Shown: positions 37,350 through 48,947 of the stretch, piece after piece
How positions within the stretch are numbered: the stretch's first letter is position 1
Layout of the letters: the number at the start of each line of letters is the position of its first letter
Source: Marsupella aquatica
Taxonomy: Eukaryota > Plantae > Marchantiophyta
Reading direction: 5' to 3'
Length of the DNA: 64,000 nucleotides
NCBI GenBank assembly: GCA_973895155.1
Contig: OZ316895.1
Span: forward strand, 7,552,184 to 7,616,183
The notes under the pieces: model-generated
The model's input: only the letters and a program-made list of their open reading frames with translations
Databases searched by the model: none
Told to the model about the DNA's origin: nothing
Program-made: the position numbers and the translations under genes

Positions 37350-38574
37350 TGTCGTGGTGATTCTTTGTTTAGTAAGTTCCTCCTAAGTATAGCTTAGTAG
37401 TATAGGATAGTAGTTTAAATTCTCGCATATGCAGTCTATAGTGTGCATGCTACAGTGCACAACCTACAGTGTGCATGCTATATTGTTCGATCTACAGTGT
37501 GCATGCTACAGTGCAAGACCTACAGTGTACGATCTACAGTGTGCATGCTACAGTGTACGATCTACAGTGTGCATGTTACAGTGTACGATCTACAGTATGC
37601 ATGCTATAGTGTACGATCTACAGTGTGCATACTACAGTGTACTGTCTACAGTTGCTCCACTCACGTAACTACAGTACTAGCACACTTACTTGCCTTGGAT
37701 GTGTGACACATGGCTTCCATCCGTGTGCCATGCTTGATCCGTGTGCTTGAGGTGTGAGCACTATAAATAAAGAGGAGAGGGGCTCTCTCCCCTCACTCCC
37801 CATTTTTCAACAACTAAGTTGTGAAGTCTTAAAAATCCATTAGACTTGATGATCTCTTCTATGAATATAACCCTTATGAAGTAGACCCACTCATGCACTC
37901 TTGCTTAGAGCTTCGGCTCGGCCAGGGATATTTTGTATGAGTCGGACCTTCAGAAAGTGTTGTCATTTGATAGGAGATGGTTATTAAGTTCTAAAGAGTT
38001 GAAAAGTGCTCAACAATGCCTTGACATCATATGCTCCCTTTTGGGTGAAATCCTTATGAAGTAGACCCACTCATGCACTCTTGCTTAGAGCTTCGGCTCG
38101 GCTAGAGGTATTTTGTATGAGTTGGACCTTCAGATAGTATTTTCATTCAAAAGAAGATCAACCTATTAAGATAAACATCTGCATGTATATACTTAGAGTT
38201 AACTCAATGCATGATTAAATTCAATAGAGCCAATTGTATACCCTTATATAGTTTACGGGCAGGATTGGGCTTGCACAATCTTTATCTTGTATTGAGATGG
38301 ATCTCAACAAACCTCCCTCCGATGAGCCTCCCGTTTCTTTCTCGTTGGGAGATATTTGTTTTGTAACTCGACCCAAGGTAGCTGCCAAGGAGGCAATAGT
38401 CCGTAGGTATGGAGAAAAGGGTTATGATGTTGTGCTTTCATCCACGAAACCGTTCCTTGTAGTGTCTGCTACCTAGTCTAGAATAGTAATCATGATCTTA
38501 ACTTAAACTCTCTCTTGACACTAGCAGCCATAGGCCCGGTGCTTCCTCAAGAACCACATTTTTCCCCCCAGACA
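37350..38574 (+). repeat. 5' LTR (1225 bp)
   Basis: tgtcgtgg...ccagaca; lacks ~222 bp (about 50005-50226) and one 28-bp unit present in the 3' LTR. Confidence 0.95.
37441..37650 (+). repeat. 28-bp tandem minisatellite inside the LTR (gtgtgcatgctacagtgtacgatctaca), ~7.5 copies; ~8.5 copies at 49203-49440
   Basis: Head-to-tail units without spacers. Confidence 0.9.
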
Positions 38575-40801
38575 TGTTGGCGACCATACTGGGGAAACTT
38601 GAGGCTAGTGTCAAAGATAAAAAGATATTGATGAGAGAAGAAGCTTGATAGAAAATAGAAGCAAAGGAGAAGTTGTTCACAATGGTAGGAGGAACTATGG
38701 AAGAGATGACTGAGATGTTTATGAGTTTGATGGAGGCCAAAGCACGAAGAGAGGCACCTGAGAACCAAAAGAAGGAGGAAGCAAGTCGTATGACCAAGTG
38801 CTTACAAGCCTTGTTAGCAAAGTTTGGGCAGTTCGACGGGAGAAGAGCAACGCAGTACTTGAAAGAGTATTGGACAGAGGTAGCCATCCACAAGATCAGT
38901 GAGAAGGTTGCCATTCATGAATTTGCATCATTGGTGGAATCAGAATTGCAAGACATCATCACCAAGATTGCGGAAGGAGCCAAAGAGGATTGGAAAATAT
39001 TTGAAATGAGGGTGAGAGAGGAGTTTCGATTTGAAGATCCAGATCGAGTTACTGCAGCCACGTTCCTTGGTTGGGTACAAGAGAAAAACAAGAAATTGGG
39101 ACCTCAAGAATTATTGAGGGAATTCAATAGGCGCTACCATTAGCTATCTTCAAAGGATCTAACAATAATCAGTCTCAGAAGAGGGGGTCTTTTGATCCGT
39201 GCAGCTGATATACCTTTGAGGGTAGAGTTGGACAATGCTCTAGATGTTATTGCTCCAGATGCGGATGAAGTCACTTGGGAACAAGCAAAAGCTGCAATCC
39301 ACAAGGTGACAAAGCAAAGGAGGAGAAGGGAGGTCGATCAAGAAGCGGAAGCTCCCATTCTAGACTTGAGAAAAGTCAGAGAAGAAAGCACTACTGATGG
39401 AGGAGAAAAAGAAGTCAAAAGCAACATCACAGAAGGGGGCGACATAGCATCGTTGACAGACATGATAGCAAAGCTTGCTCTTTCAATTCAAGCATTGGAG
39501 AACAAAAACCCTGGTGGAACATCACTAGCAGCCTTGAATAAAAACTGGAATTGTTTGTGGTGTGATAGCAAGGAGCATCACAGAAGGGATTGTGGAGAAC
39601 TGACAGAAGCATTGCGACTTCGACATGTCAAGTTTGTGGAAGGGAAGATTGCATTTGTTGATTCTGGAGAGCCAATACCAATGAATGTGAACCGAGGAGG
39701 AATGAAGCAGATTGTGGAACAGAGAATGAGAGAGAAAGTTTCTAGTGCTGCAGCAATGTATGGTGATCCTTCTGTCTTTAGTCTTCAAGTTAAGAAGGAT
39801 CTGCCTTCCATAGAGCATCTTGATATTATTGAGAGGAAGAGACTTGCGGAAAGTATCCGGAGAAAATCCGGTTGGGATGTGTGTGGTGTGTCCCATGGCT
39901 CCCTAAACCCAAGAAACCCCCCAGCTCAAGCCGATTCCCGCAGGTTTCGTGCTTGGCGAGGCCATTTCCGTGGCTTAGCGGCATGGGACGTTGCTAACCT
40001 TCTACTACTACTATTAACATTTTACACACATATACTGGACAGATCCTTCATCGGGTCATGAGATACGTAGCCGGCCTAATATAGGCCTTCCCCTGTCTTC
40101 CCTGTCTTCCCCTCCGTCTTGTTAGGTATGTTTGGATTCCGCCGCCGGAATGATCCCCAATAGGCTTGGTTAAGCCGCTAAGACCTCTCTCAGCTCGACA
40201 CATCCAACTCTCACTCCCCTACTTACTTTCCTTCCTTCTGTTGATGTGGGCACTCTTCACACAAGTTAATGCGACACACAAATAGCAAAATGACTCATTC
40301 TGACTGAGTCATACCATGCACTTGCCATACAAACAGTACATCTCATACACAAGTTCTGCGAACTAAGCCGTGAGGCCAACTCTATTCAGCTCTTAGGCAT
40401 GAGGAAACATGAATATACACAAGGGTCACTGTATGACTAACCGAGAGCTTCTCGTACTACTTGATCCCAGCCCGGCTGGTGCAAACTAAAAACTTGCTAA
40501 AGAAGAGGCCCTAAGCTCCCCGCTGCCCAGGTACTTATCCTGGTAGTGGATCCGCCATTCTTTGCATCGTAAGCCTAATCTACTTAACAGTAATCTACTT
40601 GCCCGAATCTACCTATGTACAGCAAGGCAGGAGCACAAGTGTTGCTCCTACCAGTGGGACCGCAATCCCACTAAGCTAAGTGTCAGGGCCGCTCCTGGTT
40701 CTGATCCTAATCCTAAACGTGGAGATCCGCGCCCGCCCTGCCCACTCACGCCTCCTCCCTCCACGTCCGCCCTCCCTAAAAGGAACGGCGCCCTTGCACC
40801 G

Positions 40802-42688
40802 TCACGACACCGGTGGTGGATCCTTAATGGACGCCCCCAACGCTTCCTCCTCAGCCACTGCCGTAGGTTCATTCTCTGACAAATTACCTGCCCTTGACTG
40901 AGTCAACTCTCCATCGGCCTGACTGGGTCCACCTTCGGCTTCAGCCTCGACACCGGCCTCGGCAATACTCACGGCTTCGGCCTCAGCCACTCCCACGGCT
41001 TCGGCTTCAGCCACTCCCTCGGCTTCGGCCTCCCCTTCCCCTAGGGTAGTTGGATCCTTAGCCGTGACCCTGTCTGGGGTCGGTGCTGGGTCTACCTCCT
41101 TGATCACCACGGCCTGTGAAGTCGTATTACTCCTTGACCCTGAAGGTTTTCGCTTCTTCTTCGTTGGTGGCTCGGCAGCTGGTCCCTTCCCCTTCCCACT
41201 TACTTCCGGCACTGGTGCAGTTGGCGCGGCTTGTCCTTCGGCAATTACCACCCCTGGTAACTGGTTTGTCCCAACGGGAGATGGACCTGCTGCAGCTAAG
41301 CATTTAAATATTGCGGCTTGTTTCTTCAGCCGCTCTGTTTGGTTGTCGGCCCGCCGCTGTAGGTTCTCCATCTTCCTCGTGATTTCCTCCAACTCCTCTT
41401 GGGTTTCATCCAGGTCCTTACGTGCCCCCTCCAGCTCGTTTTTGGCCTCCTCCTGCTCCCTGTGGGCTTCCTCCAATTCCTTCTTCAAGGTAGCCCTCTC
41501 CTCCTGGGTTGCTCTTAGCTCCTTGTCGAGCTCTGCAATGATGACAGACTCCATCTGGTTCATCTTGGCGTAAGTCTGTTCGAGCATCTCGTCCTTCTCC
41601 CTTAGGTCGGCCTTGAAGCTGGCCGTCAGGGACGCAAGCTCCTGCTGCAGCGCCATAATCCCTTGATAGGATTTCCCTAACTCGACCTCCTTCTGCTCAA
41701 GGGCTCCGCGGATTTTCTCGAGCTCCCCTTTCAACGCCCATTCCTTTCTTTGGGTCTCCGCCATGGCCCGGCTGTTGGCTGTTATGTGGGCCTCCTCTGT
41801 ATTCTTCAGCTCTTGCTTCCACTTCTCCCTCTCTTTGATCGTGTCGGCCAACTCTCCCTGCGTCTGAGTTAGTTTATCCTTGATATTCTGATTATCAGCC
41901 TGCGCGGTGTCCAACTGCCCCTGCATGATGTTCAGCTCATGTCGTTTAATCCGCAGTTCATCTTGGGCTTTCTTGGTCGCCCTTAGATCTTCAATCTCGG
42001 CTTCCATCCTCCTAAGCCGCCGAATGACCTCGTCCTTCTTGCTTCTCTCTAAAGCCACCGCTTCTTCTAATTGGTGCTTCTCCAACTGCTCCCTATGGAA
42101 AAAGGGTCCTACCTCCAACTCCTCTCCAAAGATGCCGAGCGCAAGTTCCCCACACATCTCACCATACTCCATGGCTCTATTCTTAGCGTAGGTGGAGTAA
42201 GTAGAAGTGATCGGCATCGCCCATCGTGGCCTCTGCTCCCAAGCCGTCCTGCGGATCTCTTCAATCGTGGCTAGAGGTTTGCTTCCTTTTTTGGCTAGCC
42301 GCCTGATGTCCTCCGGCCAATCTCCTCCTGGTAAATCCTTTTCCTTAGCCAGGGCGGCCTCTTCCTCCTGCTTGATTCGCTCCTGAAATTCCTGCACCGT
42401 CTGTTTTATGCCGTCGAAGCTCGGGGGAGCAACATCTGGTGGGGGAGACTCAGGGCTACTCTGCTGGTTGGGGTCCTCTCGCACTACCCTTGGAAGTGTG
42501 GGGACAAACCGGCCACAGGTCCTTACTCCTGGAACGTGATGGTCCGACCCATAGCCGGAATTATCATGGCTGCAGTCCTCCACTGCCTCCTCTACCTCTT
42601 GGACGTCCGGCTTCTCCCTCTCCTCTTCGTCGGTAGGAGCTTCAGGCAATTCTGCCTCAGATTCGGAGCTTGAGGTTCCCACGTACAT
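40802..42688 (-). CDS. Coiled-coil protein (628 aa), C-terminal half of the insertion ORF
   Basis: Long E/K/Q/L heptad-like region and AEAE(G/A)V repeats; same frame as, and directly after the TGA of, the 578-aa ORF. Confidence 0.7.
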   Translation of the reverse strand: MYVGTSSSESEAELPEAPTDEEEREKPDVQEVEEAVEDCSHDNSGYGSDHHVPGVRTCGRFVPTLPRVVREDPNQQSSPESPPPDVAPPSFDGIKQTVQEFQERIKQEEEAALAKEKDLPGGDWPEDIRRLAKKGSKPLATIEEIRRTAWEQRPRWAMPITSTYSTYAKNRAMEYGEMCGELALGIFGEELEVGPFFHREQLEKHQLEEAVALERSKKDEVIRRLRRMEAEIEDLRATKKAQDELRIKRHELNIMQGQLDTAQADNQNIKDKLTQTQGELADTIKEREKWKQELKNTEEAHITANSRAMAETQRKEWALKGELEKIRGALEQKEVELGKSYQGIMALQQELASLTASFKADLREKDEMLEQTYAKMNQMESVIIAELDKELRATQEERATLKKELEEAHREQEEAKNELEGARKDLDETQEELEEITRKMENLQRRADNQTERLKKQAAIFKCLAAAGPSPVGTNQLPGVVIAEGQAAPTAPVPEVSGKGKGPAAEPPTKKKRKPSGSRSNTTSQAVVIKEVDPAPTPDRVTAKDPTTLGEGEAEAEGVAEAEAVGVAEAEAVSIAEAGVEAEAEGGPSQADGELTQSRAGNLSENEPTAVAEEEALGASIKDPPPVS

Positions 42689-44425
42689 TCAAACACCTGG
42701 CTTGGATTCCGGCCTGATTCTCTCCTTGTCTCCAGCAAAGGGGTTTTCTCTTGTGAGCCGGTGTAGGCCTACCTCTGTAGTAGTGTCCTGCATTGTTGCC
42801 GTTGCCGTTGTTGTTGCCGATGCCGATTTCTTTTCTTTCTCCAGTAGTTTCAGCAGACTCTGCATGCCTGGTTGCTGCATCGGCAAGTCTTCCTTCCTGG
42901 GCCTAAACACCTGCTCGATCGTAGGACTAACAGGTGGTTGAGGCTTCTCAGCCAACGGCCTCGGCGTTGGAGCTTCCTCGGGTGCCCTTACCTGCAGGGG
43001 AAGTACCGGGGCAAAAGTCTGACCTCTGGCATACCGGCACAACAGCGGCATGTGATAGCCAAGCCGCGACACACTCCCCATGCCGATTACCTGTTGCTCC
43101 TCCTTTAAGATCTTCTTCAATTGGTTGAGGAGGTACCCGTTGTAGTCCCGGCTTGGGTCTGGCCTTTCTGCCAGATAGACCTGTGCCTTGCCGATCTCTG
43201 CCCTCGGCAAGTTACAATGCATGGTCACCCGCAAGAAGTCGATCATCTCTCCTATGTGCGGGTTGGTGCAGGTGTTCCGGAAGAAGCCATTCTTCGTTGA
43301 TGGCCCGGGGAACGACCGGAACTCCTTGTCAGGCAAGGTCTTCCTGGTATCAACTTTGGTCTTATTGCCTATCGGCAAGCCAAACACTTCGGCAATTACC
43401 TTGGGAGTAAGATAGGAATCCTTCCCATATATCCTCGTGCAATTGGTCTCGGGTTCCCATGACCCCACGAATTCTAATAGGTCTGACTCCGGTACCTCCG
43501 GCTTCAGCCATGGTAATCTTACAAAGGCCTCCAAGCCGGATCCGGCCATGAAGCCTTGGTACTTCTTGGTCTGCATGGCCGTAAAGCATGCATCCTCCTC
43601 CCGTGCAAAATGTAGTTGCACCTCCACCGGTAGGGTTGCCGCCCAGCCCTTCCAGGTGTCATCCCTGGTTGGAATGGCCTTGATGGGATCGACCTCCTCC
43701 TCTTCGGCTTCTCCCTGCCTCCTGCTCTGCTGCTCGGCTGGCTTCTTTGGTGCCGCCGACCTCGTTCTTTTTGCCGGGGTGGCTTCATCGTTGACGGCTC
43801 CCTTCCTCTTCATCTCTGCTGCCGTGGAGGTTTCTCCTAGCACCGTTGCCTGGGTCCACCTTTCCGTGCTACCCTTTAATTCCCAGTGTATGTCGTTGCA
43901 GTTCTTGATGGCCTCTCGGATGCCGACGACGCTATCTTTGCAAAACAGAAGATCGTCGAGTTGATTGGAAGTAGGCGTCCACAGGAACTCGTCCTTGATG
44001 AGTTCGCCTCCTAAGAAAGCCGTCTTCTGCAGCTCCCACAATCGAGCGAGCTCCTGCCGTTCTTGAGCTGCCCTTTCTGACTCCTCGTCCTCGTAAGTCT
44101 TGATGTACTCAGTTGCCCGTTCGAACAGGCATCCCCAGAAATGTGCCGCTTGATTGACGTTGCTCATACCCTCCTTAGGTCGATCGTCGGTATCTATTCT
44201 CTCCCCGAGTGCTTGCCTAAGCAGCTGACAGTAGTTGGCCTCCCGTAGTCGTCTGCCTAGTTCGTGCTCGCAAATGAGCCACCATCTCCTGCAAGCGCTC
44301 CTTACCCCTCTCTTCTGCCGGTCCTTCTTCCCGTTGATCCTTCCTAGCCGCCGACGCTTAACGCGCCCTAACCCTAATCGGGTTTTCACCCTCAGCCTTA
44401 CCTCCGGCCTCTGCCCGGGTTCCAT
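42689..44425 (-). CDS. Retrotransposon accessory protein (578 aa) with a plant-transposon/PMD-like segment
   Basis: LLEFVGSW...TRIYGKDSYLTPKVIAEVFGLP resembles the EF...G....T...I...GLP motif of extra ORFs of plant LTR elements (from memory); basic NLS-like stretches. Confidence 0.6.
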   Translation of the reverse strand: MEPGQRPEVRLRVKTRLGLGRVKRRRLGRINGKKDRQKRGVRSACRRWWLICEHELGRRLREANYCQLLRQALGERIDTDDRPKEGMSNVNQAAHFWGCLFERATEYIKTYEDEESERAAQERQELARLWELQKTAFLGGELIKDEFLWTPTSNQLDDLLFCKDSVVGIREAIKNCNDIHWELKGSTERWTQATVLGETSTAAEMKRKGAVNDEATPAKRTRSAAPKKPAEQQSRRQGEAEEEEVDPIKAIPTRDDTWKGWAATLPVEVQLHFAREEDACFTAMQTKKYQGFMAGSGLEAFVRLPWLKPEVPESDLLEFVGSWEPETNCTRIYGKDSYLTPKVIAEVFGLPIGNKTKVDTRKTLPDKEFRSFPGPSTKNGFFRNTCTNPHIGEMIDFLRVTMHCNLPRAEIGKAQVYLAERPDPSRDYNGYLLNQLKKILKEEQQVIGMGSVSRLGYHMPLLCRYARGQTFAPVLPLQVRAPEEAPTPRPLAEKPQPPVSPTIEQVFRPRKEDLPMQQPGMQSLLKLLEKEKKSASATTTATATMQDTTTEVGLHRLTRENPFAGDKERIRPESKPGV

Positions 44426-45002
44426 GGTTGCCCCTAATTGTTTATATTTTCCTTGTTTTGTCCCTATACTAAGGTGTTCCTAGGGTGCCTTCCTGCTTTA
44501 CCCACTTAACCGGCCGAGTGATTCCTGTCTAGGCATCACAATGTGCCTGTGTTGATCAACTCTATCACTGCGGAAGTAGGAGCAGCATGGAATGCCGCTG
44601 TGGAAGATAAGAGGAGGTATGAAGGCACTTCTATGGAAGAAACCCAAAGGAGAGAAAAACAACAGAGACCCGAAGCAGGACCTCGCTTCACACGTCAAGC
44701 CAAAGAGAAAGGAGTTCGATTTGAGGAGCCTGAAGCGTCCACAAGCAAGAGTCAAGAAGAAATCTCCCATGGAAGCTCAATGGATACTGACACCCCAAAG
44801 AAAGGTGCTAAGAAGAGCCCAGGCTATTTGCTTACTAGAGAGGTGGAGCAAACTGTTGATCCAGAAGTGATTGCCGAGAAATTTTGGCAGCAAGAGGCTA
44901 TGGGGTTCACTAATGAAGAACTTTTTGGAAGTCTTCGTTTAGACTTACAAGGCAAGATCTTGGATAGGGCAAGAAGAAAAAGGGTTTACAAGGAGGGACC
45001 TC

Positions 45003-45659
45003 ATGCACAAGATTCTTAGCTATGACTATGAAGATGATCTAGAAGATGAAGAAGAAGAAGAAGAAGAATTGGAGGGAAATGTATTTTGTGCTACCATGAG
45101 TCACCATGAAGCAACTTCGGGTATTCATGGCAATGTAGCCCTACATGAGGTGGATTTGCGGGAAACAATCCGACCGTATTGGGCAAGAGCTTGCCCGGAG
45201 ATTGAGGTGCAATTGCTTGGTGCTGAAGGAGGAATTCGGGCACTCCTAGACTCAGGATCTGAGTTGAATCTAATGTCTAAAGAGACATACCAAAAAGGGC
45301 ATTGGAAGATTGATTGTGACATCAAATGGAATGTCAATTCAGTGGGCACAAGGGCAAATCCCTTGTGGGGAGCATGTCCCGAGATCATGATCAAACTTGG
45401 GAATGTGGTAGAAGCTATCAATATCTTTGTATTTGAAAAACTTCCATATCCTCTTATTCTTGGTGTTCCTTTCATCACGGAATTACGAGTAGAGACCATG
45501 GTACTTGACGATGGTACTCACATGGCAAAAGTGAAGAGCAAGGATGACTTGAAGAAGATTCAATTTCCCACACTTCGGCCAGGTAGTACAAGAGATCGTC
45601 GGGAATTAAGAACAGTGGAGGAGTACAGGTCCGATCAGAGTATGAAGGGTTTCGACTAG
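45003..45659 (+). CDS. Gypsy aspartic protease region
   Basis: ALLDSGSELNLMS catalytic motif and LILGVPF. Confidence 0.85.
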   Translation: MHKILSYDYEDDLEDEEEEEEELEGNVFCATMSHHEATSGIHGNVALHEVDLRETIRPYWARACPEIEVQLLGAEGGIRALLDSGSELNLMSKETYQKGHWKIDCDIKWNVNSVGTRANPLWGACPEIMIKLGNVVEAINIFVFEKLPYPLILGVPFITELRVETMVLDDGTHMAKVKSKDDLKKIQFPTLRPGSTRDRRELRTVEEYRSDQSMKGFD

Positions 45660-45694
45660 GCGTCCCGCTAAGAGAAACGAGCAGGCAGGACGCC
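45647..45694 (+). other. Candidate programmed -1 ribosomal frameshift signal (G GGT TTC plus stem-loop)
   Basis: X_XXY_YYZ heptamer at 45647-45653 in the protease frame, 5-nt spacer, then a GGCGTCC...GGACGCC stem; the -1 frame is open into RT. Confidence 0.65.
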
Positions 45695-45712
45695 AAGCCT
45701 TTAGTCTCATCT

Positions 45713-48700
45713 ATGGAGGTTCATTCCTCTTTTGTTGGTGTGAGTAGGACTAGTGAAGTGAGCTATTTTCATAAAGGTGGTGTGAAGAGGCGAGCTCAAA
45801 AGATGTTGGAAAAGAAAGAAAAAGATTTGTTCACATTAGGAGTGTTGAAGGTTGAAGAGAGAATAGAAGGAGTACTAGAGGAAAGGGGATTACCACCCTC
45901 TCTTCGAGAGATTATTGGAGACATTGAGGAAGAAAATGGAGAAGTGGAGGTGGAAAGGGATGTGTATGGTTACATTGAGCGCTTTGCAGAAGTACACACA
46001 AAGTACAAAACAGTGGACAAGAAGGTGCGACCTGCAGCAGTTCCCTTGCCATTTGAGGCTAAGGAAATATTGAGGCGAGCAAAGGAGGAGCCAAGTCTTA
46101 GAGATCGTACTAAGATTGGGCATAAATTCACTGAGGAGACGTTGCTCAAATTAAAGATTGGTGATAAGGGTTTACTAGAGGAAGAGAGAAGAGCCTTCAA
46201 GGAGATGATCATCAAACATGAAAAGGCCTTTTCCTTTTCCATTGAAGAGATTGGATGTGCTGATCCAAGGGAGATCACACCAATGGTAATCTTCACTGTT
46301 CCACATGTTCCTTGGGACCTTAAGCCAATTCCTGTGCCACGAGCACTGATGCCTAAATTGGTGGAGTTACTCAAGGAGAAGTTAGATGCCAAAATCCTTG
46401 AGAGATCAAACGCTCCGTACTCAAATCGGTGGTTCACGGTGAGAAAGAAGAATGGGAAGCTAAGGTTCATTCAAGACATGCAACCACCAAACAAGGTCAC
46501 CATAAGGAATGTGGGCACAGGACCTGTGGTGGATGAGTTTGCTGAGGAGTTTGCTGGGAGAGCAATCTACTCCATTGGCGACTTATACTCAGGGTATGAT
46601 CAGTTTCAGCTTGCCCAAGATAGCAGAGACATTACTGCTATGAGAACGCCACTAGGGTTGTTGAGAATGTGCACCCTTCCTCAAGGTGCAACTAACTCAG
46701 TGGCCCATATACAAAATGCCATGAATAGGATTTTGCAACCGTTTGTTCCAGAGAAGACTAGACTGGAGAGAAGTCAGCTTTTGGGTTACAAGAGATCATG
46801 GTAGTAGGGCAAGTTTGTGGCCCTTATGGAAGAAGACCATGTGAAGCAAAAGTGGATGCCATCAAGGATATGGAGAACTGCATAACTACCTCAAAGGTAA
46901 GGAGATTTCTTGGGGCCTGCATCTTCTACAGAATATGGATACCACATTTTGCTCACATTGCAGAACCTCTCTATGATCTTCTAAGGAAGAATGTGAGGTT
47001 TGTATGGAGTGCAGGCCATACAAAGGCTATGCAACAATTGAAAGAAGCTTTGACTAGCTCGCCGGTATTACGACCTCTGAAGTACAATGGTATTGACCCA
47101 ATAATTGTGACCATTGACTCAAGTCCTCACGCATCTGGATGGGCAGTTGGGCAAGATGAGGAAGGACAAAGGTTTGCCGCACGGTTTGGGGCAAAAATAT
47201 TTACAGAAAGACAGAGGCATTATCCTCAAGTAAAACGAGAGTTGTGGGGTGCAAAGGTAGCACTTCGCCAAGAAAAAGACTATTTGATAGGAGCAAATGT
47301 AATACTGGAGACAGATTGCCTACCCTTGTTGGGAATGATAGCCAATTGTGATACTCCAGATATTGCAATGCTTCGATGGATAGCATTCATTAGAATGTTT
47401 AATCCTGAGTTAAAGCACATTGTTGGGAGAGATAATCCAGTAGCTGATATGCTTTCCCGAGCTCGCTATAGGGACGAGGAGGACCAAGGAATGTGCCTTC
47501 ATAGTACATATGGAGAAGATGAAGGGGAATTGAGGTTTGAAGAGGAAGCTTATTCTGGGGAATTGTTACAGATAGGACATAACCTTGCCACGTTGCAGAA
47601 AGATTCAACATGGAGTAAGCAAGACTTCAACAAAATTCGGAAGAAGTCTTACCAATTCATGGTAAGAGGTGGATCCCTTTGGAAGCATCCAAAGAAGAAG
47701 GGGCACATACTTCTAAGGGTCATTGGTAGAGATGAAGAGAAACACAAAATTTTACATGACTTACATGATTCCGACGTGGCAGGACATAAGGGGCGAGAAG
47801 CTACTTATGAAAGGATTCGAAGACTATATTGGTGGTCAGAAATGTATGTAGATGTAAGCAAGTATGTGAAAACTTGCAAAGTGTGTCAACTCTACTCGAA
47901 GGTGAAGCATAGAGATGGACTAAAACCCACGTACCCTCTTTCCCTACACTACCAATGGGTTGTAGATGTGGTACACATGCCGAGAGGAGTAAGAGGAGCC
48001 AAATACCTTGTCTTGGCTATTGAGGACCTCTCCTCTTACATTGAAGGTAGAGCCTTGACAACAAATAAGACCGAGGCAATATGCAGATTTGTATTGGAGG
48101 ACATCATTGCAAGGTATGGATGCTTTGATCGCATGAGGGCAGACAGAGGGGAGCTCAATGCAGAGGAAGCGGTTGCATTTTTCAGGAAGTTTAGGGTGAA
48201 TCTCAAATTGACAACTGCTTACAATCCTGAAGGTAATGGCAAGAGTGAGAGGGGACACCATCCAATTGTGAATGCCTTGATTAAGGCATGCAAGGGAAGA
48301 ACCTCACTTTGGCCAAATTTCCTTCCCCTAGCACTCATGGCACACAGAACAACTTGCACATCGGTAACAGGATATGCACCTTCAGAGTTGATCAATGGTC
48401 AACTTCCACTTATGCCAATAGAAGAAGACATTAATAGTTGGAGGGCAATAGAGTGGGAGGATGGTGTATCTCAAGAGGATTTGATTCTTCGTCGCATAGA
48501 GCAGTTTGATCACACTCCTACAAAGATCCAAGGCGCCATTAAACAATTGAAGCAAAAGAGAATGGCTAACAAATCCCGCTTTGACAAGACCCATCGATTG
48601 AGACCCAAGACAATCCAAGAAGAGGATTGGGTCTTAGTTTCTGAAGGCGGACTTGGACAAGATCACTCCTCGATCAAGAAATTTGCACAACGTTGGAGGG

Positions 48701-48939
48701 GCCCATTTGTAGTAGTTACTACTCACCCAAATTCCACTTACACTCTCCGTGAATTGGATGGAGCAATTCATCGTGTGCCTTATGCAGGAAAAAGAGTGAA
48801 AATATTCAAAAGGCGAACACGTTTTTTAGAGGAAGATCCCATCGATTCAAACCAAGAAGAGGAAGAAGAGGAAGAAGAGGAAGAAGAAGAAGAAGATGAA
48901 GAACCTGAAAAGCAAGAGGAAGAAATATTCATTGAGTAA
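45713..48939 (+). pseudogene. Gypsy RT-RNaseH-integrase; RT catalytic xxDD segment deleted near 46760
   Basis: DLYSGYDQF and LPQGATNS are followed by a frameshifting jump to GEKSAFGLQEIMVVG; RNaseH IDSS/ETDCLPL; IN HHCC (H..GH..CKVC) and DDE core; Glu-rich tail; no chromodomain. Confidence 0.9.
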
Positions 48940-48947
48940 AGTAAGAG

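Larger units (their letters stand above)
39882..44540 (-). mobile_element. 4659-bp TG...CA insertion (solo-LTR-like) with 5-bp TSD ATGTG, carrying a long ORF
   Basis: atgtg|TGTGGTG...CATCACA|atgtg; short inverted termini; no terminal direct repeat and no gag/pol motifs seen. Confidence 0.88.
38673..45019 (+). pseudogene. Gypsy gag (38673-39881 plus 44546-45019), premature TAG at 39141, interrupted by a nested insertion
   Basis: Zinc knuckle CLWCDSKEHHRRDC; the frame KSGWDV|PVLINS is restored when 39882-44540 and one TSD copy are removed. Confidence 0.85.

Noticed and set aside
37441-37650. Regular 28-bp repeats resembling a CRISPR array (also 49203-49440) and the Cys/Tyr-rich ORFs over them
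   Set aside because: Head-to-tail with no unique spacers, inside LTRs, no cas genes, eukaryotic context; the ORFs are repeat artefacts.
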